DNA of 63,696 nucleotides, filler included, from Phoronis australis (GCA_002633005.1; 7 parts of 7 records of this genome joined end to end with filler, not necessarily neighbours in it), one strand, 5' to 3'. Shown: positions 11,304 through 23,823, counted from the whole stretch's first letter. The notes: generated by a model from the sequence alone, not told the origin. A program made the numbers and translations.

Positions 11304-14300
11304 TTAAGCTATTTTAAATCTAATTTTATTTTCGACAGAACTGAGGAGGGCGCTAGTTTATTGATGTTATAAGGGCATGACACCATAAAGAAGATATTGG
11401 ACGCTGTTCGGCTAGTCAAAAATGATAAAATTCAAAGTAAGATAAAATAGAAATAAAGCGCCACAAAAATGGCGCCAAAGAGATCAATTCCGTCCACAGT
11501 ATAGCCTTCATATTGTTTAGTATTTATCCGTACAAGCAGGAAGAGATATCTCTTCTTGGTACAAGTCATCAGACCCCAGTGTTCTGCTCACTGGCTGACT
11601 TTAACTTAGGACATCTACATTATATTAGTACCCTTATGAAGTTCTGCTCATCTACTTAAATTTAAGAACATCGTTGCAATTTAAAGATCCGAATCTTTCG
11701 TCAGATGAAATTTATTCACCGGCTCAAAAAGGTAACGGAACACTTGCTCAAATTAGACCGGTATTTCTGATATGTATCACCTCAAAACTAGTGGAACACG
11801 TTATCGTATAGGTAACAACATGGCCCTTCGTAGAACGTCCGGGACCTCAGAGAGGTCGCAATTATTGACAGGTGCCCATGGCTCTCGACTGCGCATAGCA
11901 CCACATAACGCCTGAAATCACAATTGATCTAATTGTTCCAACAGACGCCCGTGTCCACAAACGGCGAGAAACTCAAACTCAAACTCAGAAACTGTGTATA
12001 TNNNNNNNNNNNNNNNNNNNNNNNNNNNNNNNNNNNNNNNNNNNNNNNNNNNNNNNNNNNNNNNNNNNNNNNNNNNNNNNNNNNNNNNNNNNNNNNNNNN
12101 NNNNNNNNNNNNNNNNNNNNNNNNNNNNNNNNNNNNNNNNNNNNNNNNNNNNNNNNNNNNNNNNNNNNNNNNNNNNNNNNNNNNNNNNNNNNNNNNNNNN
12201 NNNNNNNNNNNNNNNNNNNNNNNNNNNNNNNNNNNNNNNNNNNNNNNNNNNNNNNNNNNNNNNNNNNNNNNNNNNNNNNNNNNNNNNNNNNNAAACATTA
12301 AGTACATGTACACTAGTAAGCTTTTGGGATAAATAATTTCCATAAAGACATAACAGTTTTTGTAAACAATAAATTAAACACCTCATAAACATATATAGCA
12401 CGTTGATATGCGACTACATGACTGCAGGTTTGACATTTTCCAAGAATGATAACAATTAACAAAAGGAAAGGCAATTGTGATTACATTCCGACGGCGGTAT
12501 AATCAAAAATAATAGTAAGCAAAATGGAAAGAGCAAAAAAGTGAATGAAAGTTATGGAGGTCTTTTTGACAACCACTCCCATGAAGCTGGAACACTTCAA
12601 CTGCATTTCGTGAAAGCGTTTTGGAGGACACGGCATAAGTAAGGCATGGCATTTGAAAGTACCCAATGAATCTGATCAGCTCTTTTTGAAATACGATTTT
12701 TCCGAAGTTGTGCCAAATCTGGACTTTTTCTAGGGTCCTGAACAACCTTAAAATTTTCCTTCACAACTGCTCACTCGTGACACCCTCAGGCAGACCGTCA
12801 CCACCTACTGACAAGTCAAAAAGACTGCCTTCTGTAACCAAGTGAAGCAACTGTACACAACTTCAATGATCTCATGAACATTTTCACTCCAGACTAGTAA
12901 ACAATACCTACAACAAGGGGTCTAACCCTTGCACTCGGAATCGAGTTCGAATTTAATTTTATCATTTTGCTCTACTCCTGCGATTGGAGCCCAAGATAAG
13001 TGGCTATTAGTCTGTGTTCAGGTACTCTTGCTTTATGCACGAGTTTATAGTCAAAGCTCTCACATGATGACCTTGACATTCGAGTTACAAACTGACATAA
13101 AGACTCAGAAGTTCAATCTCGATCTTTTACCCTGAATGCTGGGGTCAGCAAGCACTAGGATTAGACAGTAATCCCTGTAGGCCATTATATACCCGAGTAT
13201 AGAATAATAAACACTTGAGTTCACACAGCAGCACACTAGAAAATGCCAAAAATAATTTTGAGTTCGATTTCAACTACAAAGATTTAGAGGCATCTTTACG
13301 TTGATTACTAAATTATCTGATACCAAAAACATTTTTCTTCGAGACACTTGGTCCTTTCGATGGCACTGTAATTTAATTTTCAAAAATAATACATTCAACC
13401 AATTCATAGCTCTGTATATCACCATAACCTGGCATGTGTATTGTCACTGGGAAATTATAAGAGTATAGATTAATATAAATAGTTATATGTAAAATAGCAA
13501 TAAAAACTAAACGTCTGGATCAAAATATCTCTGAAAATCTCAGAGAGTAGACACAGAAGCTTTCAAAATAAACTGAACATTTGATGATAGTAACCAAGTA
13601 ATATTCATTTGTTCTGAATGGAAGCCATTTCAATTCTGACTTAGCAAAATCTCAACAGGCGGTGCTCCACACACTTTCTCAAAATTGCAACGACTTACCT
13701 GGGGAGTACATTCTCTATTAAACAACTAGCTAGTAGGAGCAATAACGCCACCTGTTGGTCTGGTTACAATTTATCAAAAATGATGTTTTATCGTTCAACT
13801 TAAAACGCCCAATAGTCTGGCAAAATCTTTGTCGAAGATTGACAAAGTCTGACAGACCTCCGAGGACGTTTGTCCAGTTTGTTTTGAAAGATAGACGGAA
13901 AAAATGAGACAGATTTCATACTCAAAACATACAAAAATAAACTGGCTATGATCCTGCAGTACGACACCCAGTCTAATTTAGTATTTAATAGTCACTTGTC
14001 ACTCTGAAAAGGATCTCAACTTCTTCACAAGAAGTCTGCAAAGCATCTCTTCCAGGTAATGGCAAAGATGTAGTGTTGTGAATTTGAAAAGATGCATTGT
14101 GTAGTACTTAGCATCTTGAATTTGTCGCCTTCAACTGAGCAACCGTCAGATTGTAGACATAGGCAACAGTGGAGCGAACAGACTCAAAATTGAAGTGTTC
14201 AGTCTGGATCTTCAAACATATGTTTGTTCATTGTAAAGGACAAAACTAATGAAACCTGATCAAAAGTTTCAGCTTTTGTGACGGAACACAGGTTTATAGC

Positions 14301-15649
14301 CAACTTAAACATTTAGCACATATCTAACGGACAGTTAAGGTTAGCAATTTTTTCATTGTGCAGAAACAAGTATGGTATGTCAAGGTCGATCACACCCAAT
14401 TAATTTGACTTGAGCCTAAACCTACAGCCTTAACTTAATAGGCTCTGAAATCAAATGTATCTCATGTCCAGTGATAAAAGAGTGATTTAGCTGCTGCAAC
14501 AAATTCTTCAGGTTCCTGCCTGTCAACTGCCTAGGCTATGTTCTCATAGTTTGCTTTGTTCAGTCCTCTGGCAACAAAGCNNNNNNNNNNNNNNNNNNNN
14601 NNNNNNNNNNNNNNNNNNNNNNNNTTAATTAATTAANNNNNNNNNNNNNNNNNNNNNNNNNNNNNNNNNNNNNNNNNNNNCATGAGAGTGTTTTCACCTC
14701 CTGATTGCGAAGCGATCGAGTTAGCTGTGGTATTTTCATCAGCGCGTGCTCTCAGCAGGAGGTCACCGCTTTATGCACTGAAGCGGTCGACAACAACTAA
14801 ACTGACGAGAGTCTCAGAACTCCCACATGCAAATTTGATATGCAAATGAGGGAGTACTTGACTACTGCGCCATCTATACATCGACGGAAAAGCTTAAATA
14901 CCCGTGACTGCGTGTGGGAAATTGCGATTGCGTGCGCTGAAGTAGATATTTTCAATGTACAATTACACCACTGTTTAAGGTTGAAAAGTGAGTTTTTTGA
15001 TATCCTTCTATAGAAAAAGCTTTATTCTCTCTGATAAAATGATCTGTTTCTTTTTAAACGAAACTTAAGTCGTGAAATTAGTCCGGGGAAGGAGGCCAAA
15101 AACGGCGGTTTAGCTAGTTGTCCCTTCCTGGTTATCTCTTCCTGCTATTACTTAATGTGCGTCTAGCTACAACAGCTCAAAAAGCAGGTGACGAAAACAC
15201 GCTTACTAGAGTATGTTCAGTCTTAAACTGGTGCTTTGGGCACTGCATGGGATCAGGGCCAGAGGCGAGGAAAGCAAATAATCTGCCGATCGATGAGGTC
15301 GAGTTTGTCGCAATCCACCAGCTCTTGCAATTCATGACAAAAGAAAAGAAAAGTTTACAGTACTCATTGCAGTGTATATTTCCACATGTCTGGATTATGG
15401 CCCAATGTAGGGACAGGTTTTACTGATTAACGCTCTCAATACCCCCTTGTAGGCATAGGTGCGTTGCGGCGCAGATCGGTGTCTGCATTTCTCTCGACGT
15501 CCAAGAATCTCTTTTCAGTGTTGATCGTGCGGCGCTCGACTTCGGCCTCCTTGGGTGGATCAAAGCAGCAAGCCTTAGCTTCCGTGACGCTAAAATAACA
15601 ATGACCTTTTTATTCGATTGCCCGCGGGAAAATGTGTGAAACAACGAAT

Positions 15650-16099
15650 CCAAGCTAGGTACCTAAACTACACGGTTAACGGGTAAACACGGTCACGGAC
15701 GCATGAACACGACTCACGGACACCGTCCCCTGACTCACAAACACGGGAACGGACTCACCAACACGACCCATTCACCCAAATACACGGGACACGGACTCAC
15801 ATTCACGAAGAAACACCGTGGTTAACGGACCGCCAAATACGGTTTATGGACAAAATGTAGATGTCAGCTGACCCATTAAGCCGATCATAAGTCCGTGACC
15901 CGTGTTTCGCGGTCCGTTAACCGTGTTCCTCGTGAATACGAGTCCGTGTCCCGTGTATGTGGGTGAATGGATCGTGTTTCGTGAGTCCGTTACCCGTGTT
16001 TGTGAGTCAGTGGACGGTGTTTGCAGGTACTTGTGTCGTGTTCATGCGTCCGTGACCGTGTTTATGAGTCCGTTAACCGTGTAGTTAGGTACCTTGGAA
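15650..16099. mobile_element. Fold-back MITE with long imperfect inverted arms
   Basis: GGTACCTAAACTACACGGTTAACGG...CACGGACGCATGAACACGAC mirrored by GTCGTGTTCATGCGTCCGTG...CCGTTAACCGTGTAGTTAGGTACC; internal CACGG sub-repeats. Confidence 0.8.
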
Positions 16100-16341
16100 T
16101 CTAGAAAAATATCGATGTCACATACGGCCAGTTTGAACTCAGAAATCTAGTTGTGCAGGTGCGTAGTATGCCCTTGCTTTACGGGTCATAACAGTAGGCC
16201 GTACTTGCATAACTGCTCATAGCTGTTATGTTTTATGTAGTAAGAGGAATAAAAACTCAGCTTATGATGATAAAAACTAGTCTAAATCTATTACAATAAA
16301 ATATGGCGGCTTGCATTACAACAACGTTTTCTTAAAACCAG

Positions 16342-16541
16342 TGCCACGTTTTTCCCCGTGTGTGGGTGGGCGCAGGTTGTTACAGACCGGTGCTAATAGC
16401 TTTCGGTGCGAAGATTGACTGAAGACTGGTTCGAGTTAATCCTTTATTAATCCCGACCGTACGTTCACAAGCCTACTCAAACAAAACGTCCGACGTAATG
16501 TCTGTTTATGCTCCAGCCAGTGCTGCGAAGCCTTGACTTGT
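16342..16541 (-). repeat. 3' LTR (visible part; continues into N-gap 16542-17262)
   Basis: Matches 21016-21215 with 3 mismatches in 200 bp by eye. Confidence 0.9.
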
Positions 16542-17262
16542 NNNNNNNNNNNNNNNNNNNNNNNNNNNNNNNNNNNNNNNNNNNNNNNNNNNNNNNNNNN
16601 NNNNNNNNNNNNNNNNNNNNNNNNNNNNNNNNNNNNNNNNNNNNNNNNNNNNNNNNNNNNNNNNNNNNNNNNNNNNNNNNNNNNNNNNNNNNNNNNNNNN
16701 NNNNNNNNNNNNNNNNNNNNNNNNNNNNNNNNNNNNNNNNNNNNNNNNNNNNNNNNNNNNNNNNNNNNNNNNNNNNNNNNNNNNNNNNNNNNNNNNNNNN
16801 NNNNNNNNNNNNNNNNNNNNNNNNNNNNNNNNNNNNNNNNNNNNNNNNNNNNNNNNNNNNNNNNNNNNNNNNNNNNNNNNNNNNNNNNNNNNNNNNNNNN
16901 NNNNNNNNNNNNNNNNNNNNNNNNNNNNNNNNNNNNNNNNNNNNNNNNNNNNNNNNNNNNNNNNNNNNNNNNNNNNNNNNNNNNNNNNNNNNNNNNNNNN
17001 NNNNNNNNNNNNNNNNNNNNNNNNNNNNNNNNNNNNNNNNNNNNNNNNNNNNNNNNNNNNNNNNNNNNNNNNNNNNNNNNNNNNNNNNNNNNNNNNNNNN
17101 NNNNNNNNNNNNNNNNNNNNNNNNNNNNNNNNNNNNNNNNNNNNNNNNNNNNNNNNNNNNNNNNNNNNNNNNNNNNNNNNNNNNNNNNNNNNNNNNNNNN
17201 NNNNNNNNNNNNNNNNNNNNNNNNNNNNNNNNNNNNNNNNNNNNNNNNNNNNNNNNNNNNNN

Positions 17263-19680
17263 TGATGTTCATCTTTAACATCTCCTGCACTTCCTTCTTC
17301 ACTAGGTCCTGAGTAGTGTATGGCATCTGACGTGGTCTCACTCTCACTGGTTGTTCTGTTGTCAACTCGATGACGTGGCTAGCTAAATCGGTCTCTCCAG
17401 GCTGATTGGTAAAGATGCCACGGTAATCATAAAGAAGCCGTAGTGCCTGTTCACGTTGTTCTGACGTCAAGGAATCGCACAGCTTAACGTCCTTGTAGGT
17501 TTCACTGTGAACTTCCGGTCGAAGCTCTAAACCGCCTTCATCAAGAAGGGTCGCTTCGTCAGTCACACACTCCTCAATTAACAAAACACCAATCGCTTCA
17601 TCTTTACCTGTGGTGTTGTCAGCTTCGCGTTCGTGATACGCCTTCAACAGATTGGCATGGAAGATCTTAATCTTGCCGTTCATGTTGATTCTGTAGTCCA
17701 TACGATTGACTTTTTCTGTTAATTCGTAAGGCCCCTTCCACTGCAGAGTAAGCTTGTTATGATCTGTGGGAAGTAATACCAACACTCTTTGTCCCACTTG
17801 AAACTGCCTATCCCTGGCCTTTTTGTCATAGTAATGCTTGTGAATACCCTGTGCTTTGTATAAACTTTTTCTAGCCAACTCGCAGGTCTCCTCTAAGCGG
17901 TTCCTGAGCTCGAAGACATATTGGTAAGTATTACGGACATCGTTGCTGTCTTCCCCTGTCCAGAGTTCACTCAGTATTTGCATCGGACCTTTTATTGTCC
18001 TGCCGTATAACAACTCAAAGGGTGAAAATCCTGTGCTTGATTGCGGGACTTCTCGGTAAGCAAATAGGACAGCTGGCAAGTACCGGTCCCAATCCTTTGG
18101 TCTTTCTTGACACATTTTCTTCAGCATGGCCTTTAGAACACCGTTGATTCTCTCACAGAGCCCGTTACAGCGTGGATTGTAAGGGGTCGTGTACAGCTGC
18201 TTTGTACTCACAAGCCTGCTGACCTCCTTCATCAGTTCCGCTGTGAACTGCGTTCCACGATCACTCAGGATCTCTCGCGGGAACCCTACTCTACTGAAGA
18301 CTTCTAATAATGCTTCACCCACACGCTGTGTCTCAATCTTCGGTAGCGCCACTGCTTCTGGATACCTGGTAGCGAAATCTACCACCGTGAAAATGTATCT
18401 GTTTCCTTTGTCGGAAACTGGAGCTATAGGGCCAATCAGATCGATCGCGATCCTTTTGAAAGGCTCCTCCATCAAAGGCATCTCTCCCAGGGGTACCTTG
18501 GTCACTCGACCTTTCGGGATTGTCTTCTGACAGATGTCGCATGATCTGCAGAATCGGGTCACTTCTGATGCCACTCCTGGCCAATAGAAATTGCTGGTGA
18601 TACGGTCAGTTGTCTTCCTAACACCGAGGTGTCCACCGAGTATAGACTCATGAGCAAGCCTCATTACTGACTTCCGTAAACTGCTCGGCACGACAACTTG
18701 TTTAACCTCGTCACCGTCTTTCTTTCTGAACATCCGATAGAGTATTCCCTGCTGAACCTCCATCATGTATGACCCCTTGCCTTTGGTCTGTCGCTGAACT
18801 TTGGCTTCAGCTTGCTCCCATAACTTTTTCATTGATGAATCTTCATGCTGGGCTTCTTTGAACTGCTTTAGTCCCACTTCTTGTATGGTCGGGGACACAA
18901 CTAACGGTTTAATGTCCGATTTTTGTCGCTCTTCCTGAGCCCTGGTAGTCACTGCTACCGCTTCCCTGCTGGATTCATCAGGATCTGTCTCCACCGACTT
19001 GTCGGCCACCTCTTCTCCCTCTAGAGTTGAGGTCACTAGGTTCTTCTCTTGGGAAGACGTACCCTTTTGAGAGTCATTTTTCGGACCCTCCACAAGGCTA
19101 TTGCCTGTATTGTCCTCGTTGGCAGTTGTTGCTCTCTGCTGTCGTTCAACATCGCCTGGGTCCAAGGCGCCAGGCACGACCCCGATAATCAAATCGGCCA
19201 CTGGACGCTCCATACACATCGCAAACACTTCTCCTGTGTAGTACGGTGTCTTGATGNCGACTTGTCGGCCACCTCTTCTCCCTCTAGAGTTGAGGTCACT
19301 GGGTTCTTCTCTTGGGAAGTCGTACCCTTTTGAAAGTCATTTTTCGGACCCTCCACAAGGCTATCGCCTGTATTGTCCTCGACAGTTGTTGCTCTCGGCT
19401 GTCGCTCAACATCGCCTGGGTCCAAGGCGCCAGGCACGTCCCCGATAATCAAATCGGCTACTGGACGCTCCATACACATCGCAAACACTTCTCCTGTGTA
19501 GTACGGTGTCTTGATGTTGATCTTTGCGACATGCAGCCATCTCTTGGTAGAGTCCGCCAACTCGCATGACCACTTCCGGCAGGTCACATCTCCTGGTTCG
19601 ACTAAACTAGATCGAACAACAATGGTTGTGCAGCCTGTGTTTTCAACACTGAGACCTTTTTAGTGCCAACATACCCCACC
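17263..19680 (-). pseudogene. pol: aspartic protease - integrase - start of reverse transcriptase
   Basis: VLK[D]TGCTTIVV (1-nt deletion near 19642)...DLIIG; AHESILGGH...CDIC; IDLIGP, SDRG, CERIN; WKGPY; then PVRVRPRQMPY...VKKEVQEMLKMNI (RT N-terminal motif). Confidence 0.9.
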
Positions 19681-19699
19681 TTCAGACGCAGCATTCCTT

Positions 19700-20940
19700 T
19701 GAAGGCGCATTCAGGATTAGCACGCTTCACCGAATCCTCTTTGCTCTGGGAACCTCGGTGGTTGACCGCTGCTGACGTTTGGTGTTGCATCCCTTGTGTC
19801 CGCTTCCGACAGTCTCTAGCCAGATGTCCAATTTTGTGACAGAAGAAACATCTTTCCCCTGCGAGGTCAGTTTTCTTCTGGTCAACTCTCTGGTTGTCTG
19901 TCTTGACTGGTCGTTCTTGGGATTTCTTTGACTGAGTGCTGGTTATATCCACTCCATGGGCCTCAATATACCTCTCTGGTAAGCCCACCATCTCTGGAAC
20001 AGTCTTGGGTGTCCGCTGTCGCAGGAACAAGGCCAAGNTGGGATTTCTTTGACTGAGTGCTCGTTATATCCACTCCATGGGCCTCAATATACCTCTCTGC
20101 TAAGCCCACCATCTTTGGAACAGTCTTGGGTGTCCGCTCTCGCAGGAACAAGGCCAAGTCTTTAGTACAGGTGTCAACGTATTGCTCACGCACTAACAGG
20201 TCTCTCAACTCGACAAAGTCTTTGCCACAGTCGGACATGTCGATCCACCTGTCTAGGTAACGCTGTATGCGTGACACAAACTGGTATGCTGTCTCGCCCT
20301 TCTCGGCCCTCGCTTCCCGGAACTGTCTGCGAAAACCCTCTTCAGTCAGCTCATAGCGCTTTAGCAAGGCTCTTTTGAGTGTAGCATAGTCTAGTGCATC
20401 AGCCATAGGAAGGCTAGTACATGTATAAACCTGCAGGCCCTTACCTGTTAACAGGGGACTGACACTAATTGCCCATTCACTCTGTGTCCAACCCTGACTC
20501 TCTGCGTATCTTTCAAACCTTTCCAGAAAGTTGTCCATATCGTCCTGTTTTTCATCAAACTTGGGTAGCTTCGGTTTTACGCCACCAGTTGATCTAACAT
20601 GGCTACCCTCCGCTGCAACCTGTTCAGCTTTCAGTGCTGCTAGCGCCCTCTCATGTTCCATTCTTTATCTCTCCATCTGCTGTTCAGCCTCTCGCGCCCT
20701 TTCTTCAGCCTCATGAGCTTGCCTTCTCTCCTCCGCCTCAGCCTCTCGCGCCTGCCTTCTCTCCTCCGCCTCAGCCTCTCGCGCCTGCCTTCTATCCTCT
20801 GCCTCAGCCTCAGCCTCAGCACGAGCCTCAGCACGAGCCTCAGCTTGTTGTTTTTCAACAAACTGTCTGAGATTGTCTCCCTGCAGACCCATTTCTTGTC
20901 CGAGGGCCATCAACTCTCTTAGTTGAGATCTTGTCTCCAT
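19700..20940 (-). pseudogene. gag: coiled-coil N-terminus, capsid-like region, CCHC zinc knuckle; in-frame TAA at 20665-20667
   Basis: METRSQLRELMALG...; KPKLPKFDEKQDDMDNFLERFERYA...LRDLLVREQY; CFFCHKIGHLARDC. Confidence 0.88.
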
Positions 20941-20995
20941 AGTGAGTCGCTAATTCCAACAGTCCACTTTATCACACCTTGTTACCGTCAGTAAG

Positions 20996-21013
20996 CTCCT
21001 GGCGTGCTCGCCA
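20996..21013 (-). other. Primer-binding site, tRNA-Arg(ACG)-like
   Basis: TGGCGAGCACGCCAGGAG 2 nt inside the 5' LTR end; 16/18 match to the complement of the recalled eukaryotic tRNA-Arg(ACG) 3' end CUCCUGGCUGGCUCGCCA. Confidence 0.75.
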
Positions 21014-21015
21014 AT

Positions 21016-21721
21016 TGTCACGTTTTTCCCCGTGTGTGGGTGGGCGCAGGTTGTTACAGACCGGTGCTAATAGCTTTCGGTGCGAAGATTGACTGAAGAC
21101 TGGTTCGAATTAATCCTTTATTAATCCCGACCGTACGTTCACAAGCCTACTCAAACAAAACGTCCGACGTAATGTCTGTCTATGCTCCAGCCAGTGCTGC
21201 GAAGCCTTGACTTGTGATGAACTTCTGAGACACGTTCAGCAACTGTTACACTCGTTAATTCAATAATCTGCTGTCTCTATAGCTGGCTCTCTATTGACTA
21301 TCGCTGTAACTGCTGATTCTCTTCACTGCAACTCAACTGTAGTTCTACTGATAAACTTTTTTGAACTTACTTGATCTGACTTGATCTTACTGACTTAATC
21401 TTCTCTTGAACTCAACTCCCTCACACAAACCCGTACTTGTGTATTTATAGCCTAATGCATTGTTCTGGAACTTTTCATCAATTCAAGCACATTCTAGAAC
21501 TTTCCTGAATCTACCCAACCATTCTACAAACATGTACTAGTCTCTAGAATACTCCAGACTGCATTAATCACTGTCATGCTAGAGTCTTCTAGAAAGTTCC
21601 ACACTATACTGCAGTAAACAAATTAAATCATCACTGTACTTAACTCAGGGGTCATGCCAATCAAACAGAATAACAAAACAAAACAACACAACTAAAAATA
21701 CTGTCAGACCATACTCTGACA
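21016..21721 (-). repeat. 5' LTR (706 bp)
   Basis: Minus strand TGTCAGAG...CGTGACA; TATAAAT at 21443-21449; AATAAA at 21117-21122; bounded by PBS and TSD. Confidence 0.88.
21443..21600 (-). promoter_or_regulatory. LTR U3 promoter: TATA box preceded by heat-shock elements
   Basis: Perfect 4-unit HSE aTTCtaGAActTTCctGAAt (21491-21510), perfect 3-unit cTTCtaGAAagTTCc (21586-21600), partial gTTCtgGAAc (~21462); TATAAAT 21443-21449. Confidence 0.6.
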
Positions 21722-22485
21722 ACCAGTCTCGTCTAAGTATCGTACATGCGAGACTAAAACTAAAAACACACAAACACCAAAACAGCAATAAAATGTAATG
21801 TGTGTACCGACAAGTACACGTGTACGGTATACGTGAATTCATAGCTACATGTACAAGCCTACCCTTGCCCCAACAGCAATGACATTGCCAGTTAAACAAA
21901 GCCAAGCCCTGTTTGGCCAATTTGTTAGCTGGGTAGACAATTGACAATACTGCGGAAGGGGCGGAGCTCTTAATTAAACTTCATCGTTTTCATGCAGGTT
22001 TGTCTAATGTTTTGACGTGGCATCTCCTGTGTAAAACGAAATATTTTTTTCTGCAAGCAAGCTGGCTAATTGACTACTACCGTAGTACAATAGGCCAAAA
22101 CAGGACTTGACATCGTTTTGATAGATGATCGGATAGCGGTGCTGTTGAGGTACCGGAAGCCCGTACGCGAAGCCACGTATACAGTGCACGAATTCTCAGT
22201 TGTCGGCACAAGCATTACATTTTAATACTGTGAGCAGTTGTGATGGTACGGGCCTTAGTGACAATGTTGTGCCCAGGGGCCTTTGATATTCATAGTGTTA
22301 GTACGACCGGAGAGCTGGAGTAATTAGTCTATCACGTTTCTTGTAAAAGTAACTGCACTTGTTGATCCTAAATTTTTAATGAAGAATGTAATTCTATCAA
22401 ACGGCACCTCAGTTACAACTAATTATTAATGATGTATAATTTTGGATGAATGCTTAACTAAATTATCGGCACAATTGTCTGATGT

Positions 22486-22553
22486 ACGTGCCCGAATTTT
22501 GAGAACCAGTTTTCCCCACGGGCATCAAACTGGTTCTCAAAATGCGTGCACGT
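22486..22553. repeat. Short hairpin/palindromic element (27-bp arms)
   Basis: ACGTGCCCGAATTTTGAGAACCAGTTT / AAACTGGTTCTCAAAATGCGTGCACGT. Confidence 0.75.
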
Positions 22554-23574
22554 TCAGACGATTGCCAGATTATCTACAGCAACTGTGAAGGATCCATATT
22601 TGAAAAGCATTTGTCTTGATACGGTAGAAATCTTTTGAATCATTGAAATTACTTCACTGTTGGTTTTAAGTAGTCACTATAACCTCTCTACACTCTGTTA
22701 GATTTCGCATTTTGGCAACACTCTTGGATTTTAAAATTAAAAAAATTGGTTCCAAACTGTCAGGTTTACAAAACGATAATTGGCATGTACAAAGTAAACA
22801 AATCAACGCAAACAAATTCCACGCATGCGCGGCGCAACCTCAGCAGCACGAGATCGAAATATCATGGCGTTACAGGGCTGAGATTTGAATGCTCAAACTG
22901 TTAATTTTATAGGAACGTCCAACCGGGAGTTAGAGAAGGAGGCATTGTGACTTTCATGCTCCCTGGGTATATTTTTATTGCTGGATAACACAATCACTCA
23001 CGTAGCTGAGAACATCACGGTGACAATCAACAGGGCAATGATGTATACCGTCTTCATTATCGTCTGTTTGGCTCTTCTGTTGATATCTCAGGCTGTAAAA
23101 GGACCGTGACATGTTCAGTCCCATGGAAATAATTTTCAGTACATGGTAAAATATATGTATCATACATACATACATTAATAAGTCACGTTTCGCTCAGTTT
23201 ACTGAATAGAAACGAAAATCGAATTAGTTTTTCACTCGAAAACAATCGGTTTCATATTCCTTACAATGAGAGCATTCCATTTATTATGTTAAATCAACAG
23301 GCAATACACAGGTGAGCCAATTTCAAAGTCGGAATTTTTAGTTTGTGCAATCTAAATAAACGCCGAACGTTCCACCATGACACTGTTTCTCAAAAGGAAT
23401 TTTAATTATCAATACATCAAAAGTCTTAAGAGATTTAATAGTCTTTACTATACCTTTTGCTATGAAAAAAGGCAAAAAATAAACAAATCTTTTTCTGTTA
23501 TCGCGACGGTGCAATAATGAGGAGTGTTGTGAGGATAGTCCGGGAAGAATCGCCTTCTTCAGACATAAAAAGTT

Positions 23575-23823
23575 CGTTTGTGGTTTGTGGAGGCTGTAGT
23601 AACAGCAACTGGACCGAGAACGTCTCTGTTCAAATTTCTTTAAGACGTGAAAGTTGCACAGAAATGGCATCGGTTTGTGCGCCGTAAGAGATTGTGGAAT
23701 GTTAGTGTGGAACAAACTATTTGGTCGGTAGCCACCATTTGTTCGGCACATTTCACGGAATCGTGTTTCAACCAACTACAAAAACGCGGCGTTACGATGA
23801 AGGACTCGCCACCTTGTAAGTAA
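23575..23823 (+). pseudogene. Degenerate THAP-domain remnant of a different transposon family
   Basis: CGGCSNSNWTENVSV / FKFL*DVKVAQKWHRFVRRKR...ATICSAHFTESCF with frameshift and stop. Confidence 0.7.

Larger units (their letters stand above)
16342..21721 (-). mobile_element. Ty3/gypsy LTR retrotransposon, Gmr1-like domain order (gag-PR-IN-RT), disabled
   Basis: Two LTRs, TG...CA ends, 5-bp TSD ACCAG (16337-16341, 21722-21726), PBS, gag with CCHC knuckle, protease, HHCC+DDE integrase, then RT N-terminus running into a gap. Confidence 0.93.

Noticed and set aside
11918-12401. Long ORFs spanning N-runs (also 16508-17312 and 47494-48363)
   Set aside because: Open only because Ns hide stop codons
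13693-13710. ACTTACCTGG resembling the U1 snRNA 5' end
   Set aside because: No similarity to U1 beyond 10 nt; simply the complement of a 5' splice-site consensus
18994-20158. Internal duplications in gag/pol of the LTR element
   Set aside because: Each is split by a single N (19257, 20038); assembly overlap artefacts
21722-21946. Alternative LTR end at TGACA 21942-21946
   Set aside because: Only the 21721 end is followed by the matching TSD ACCAG
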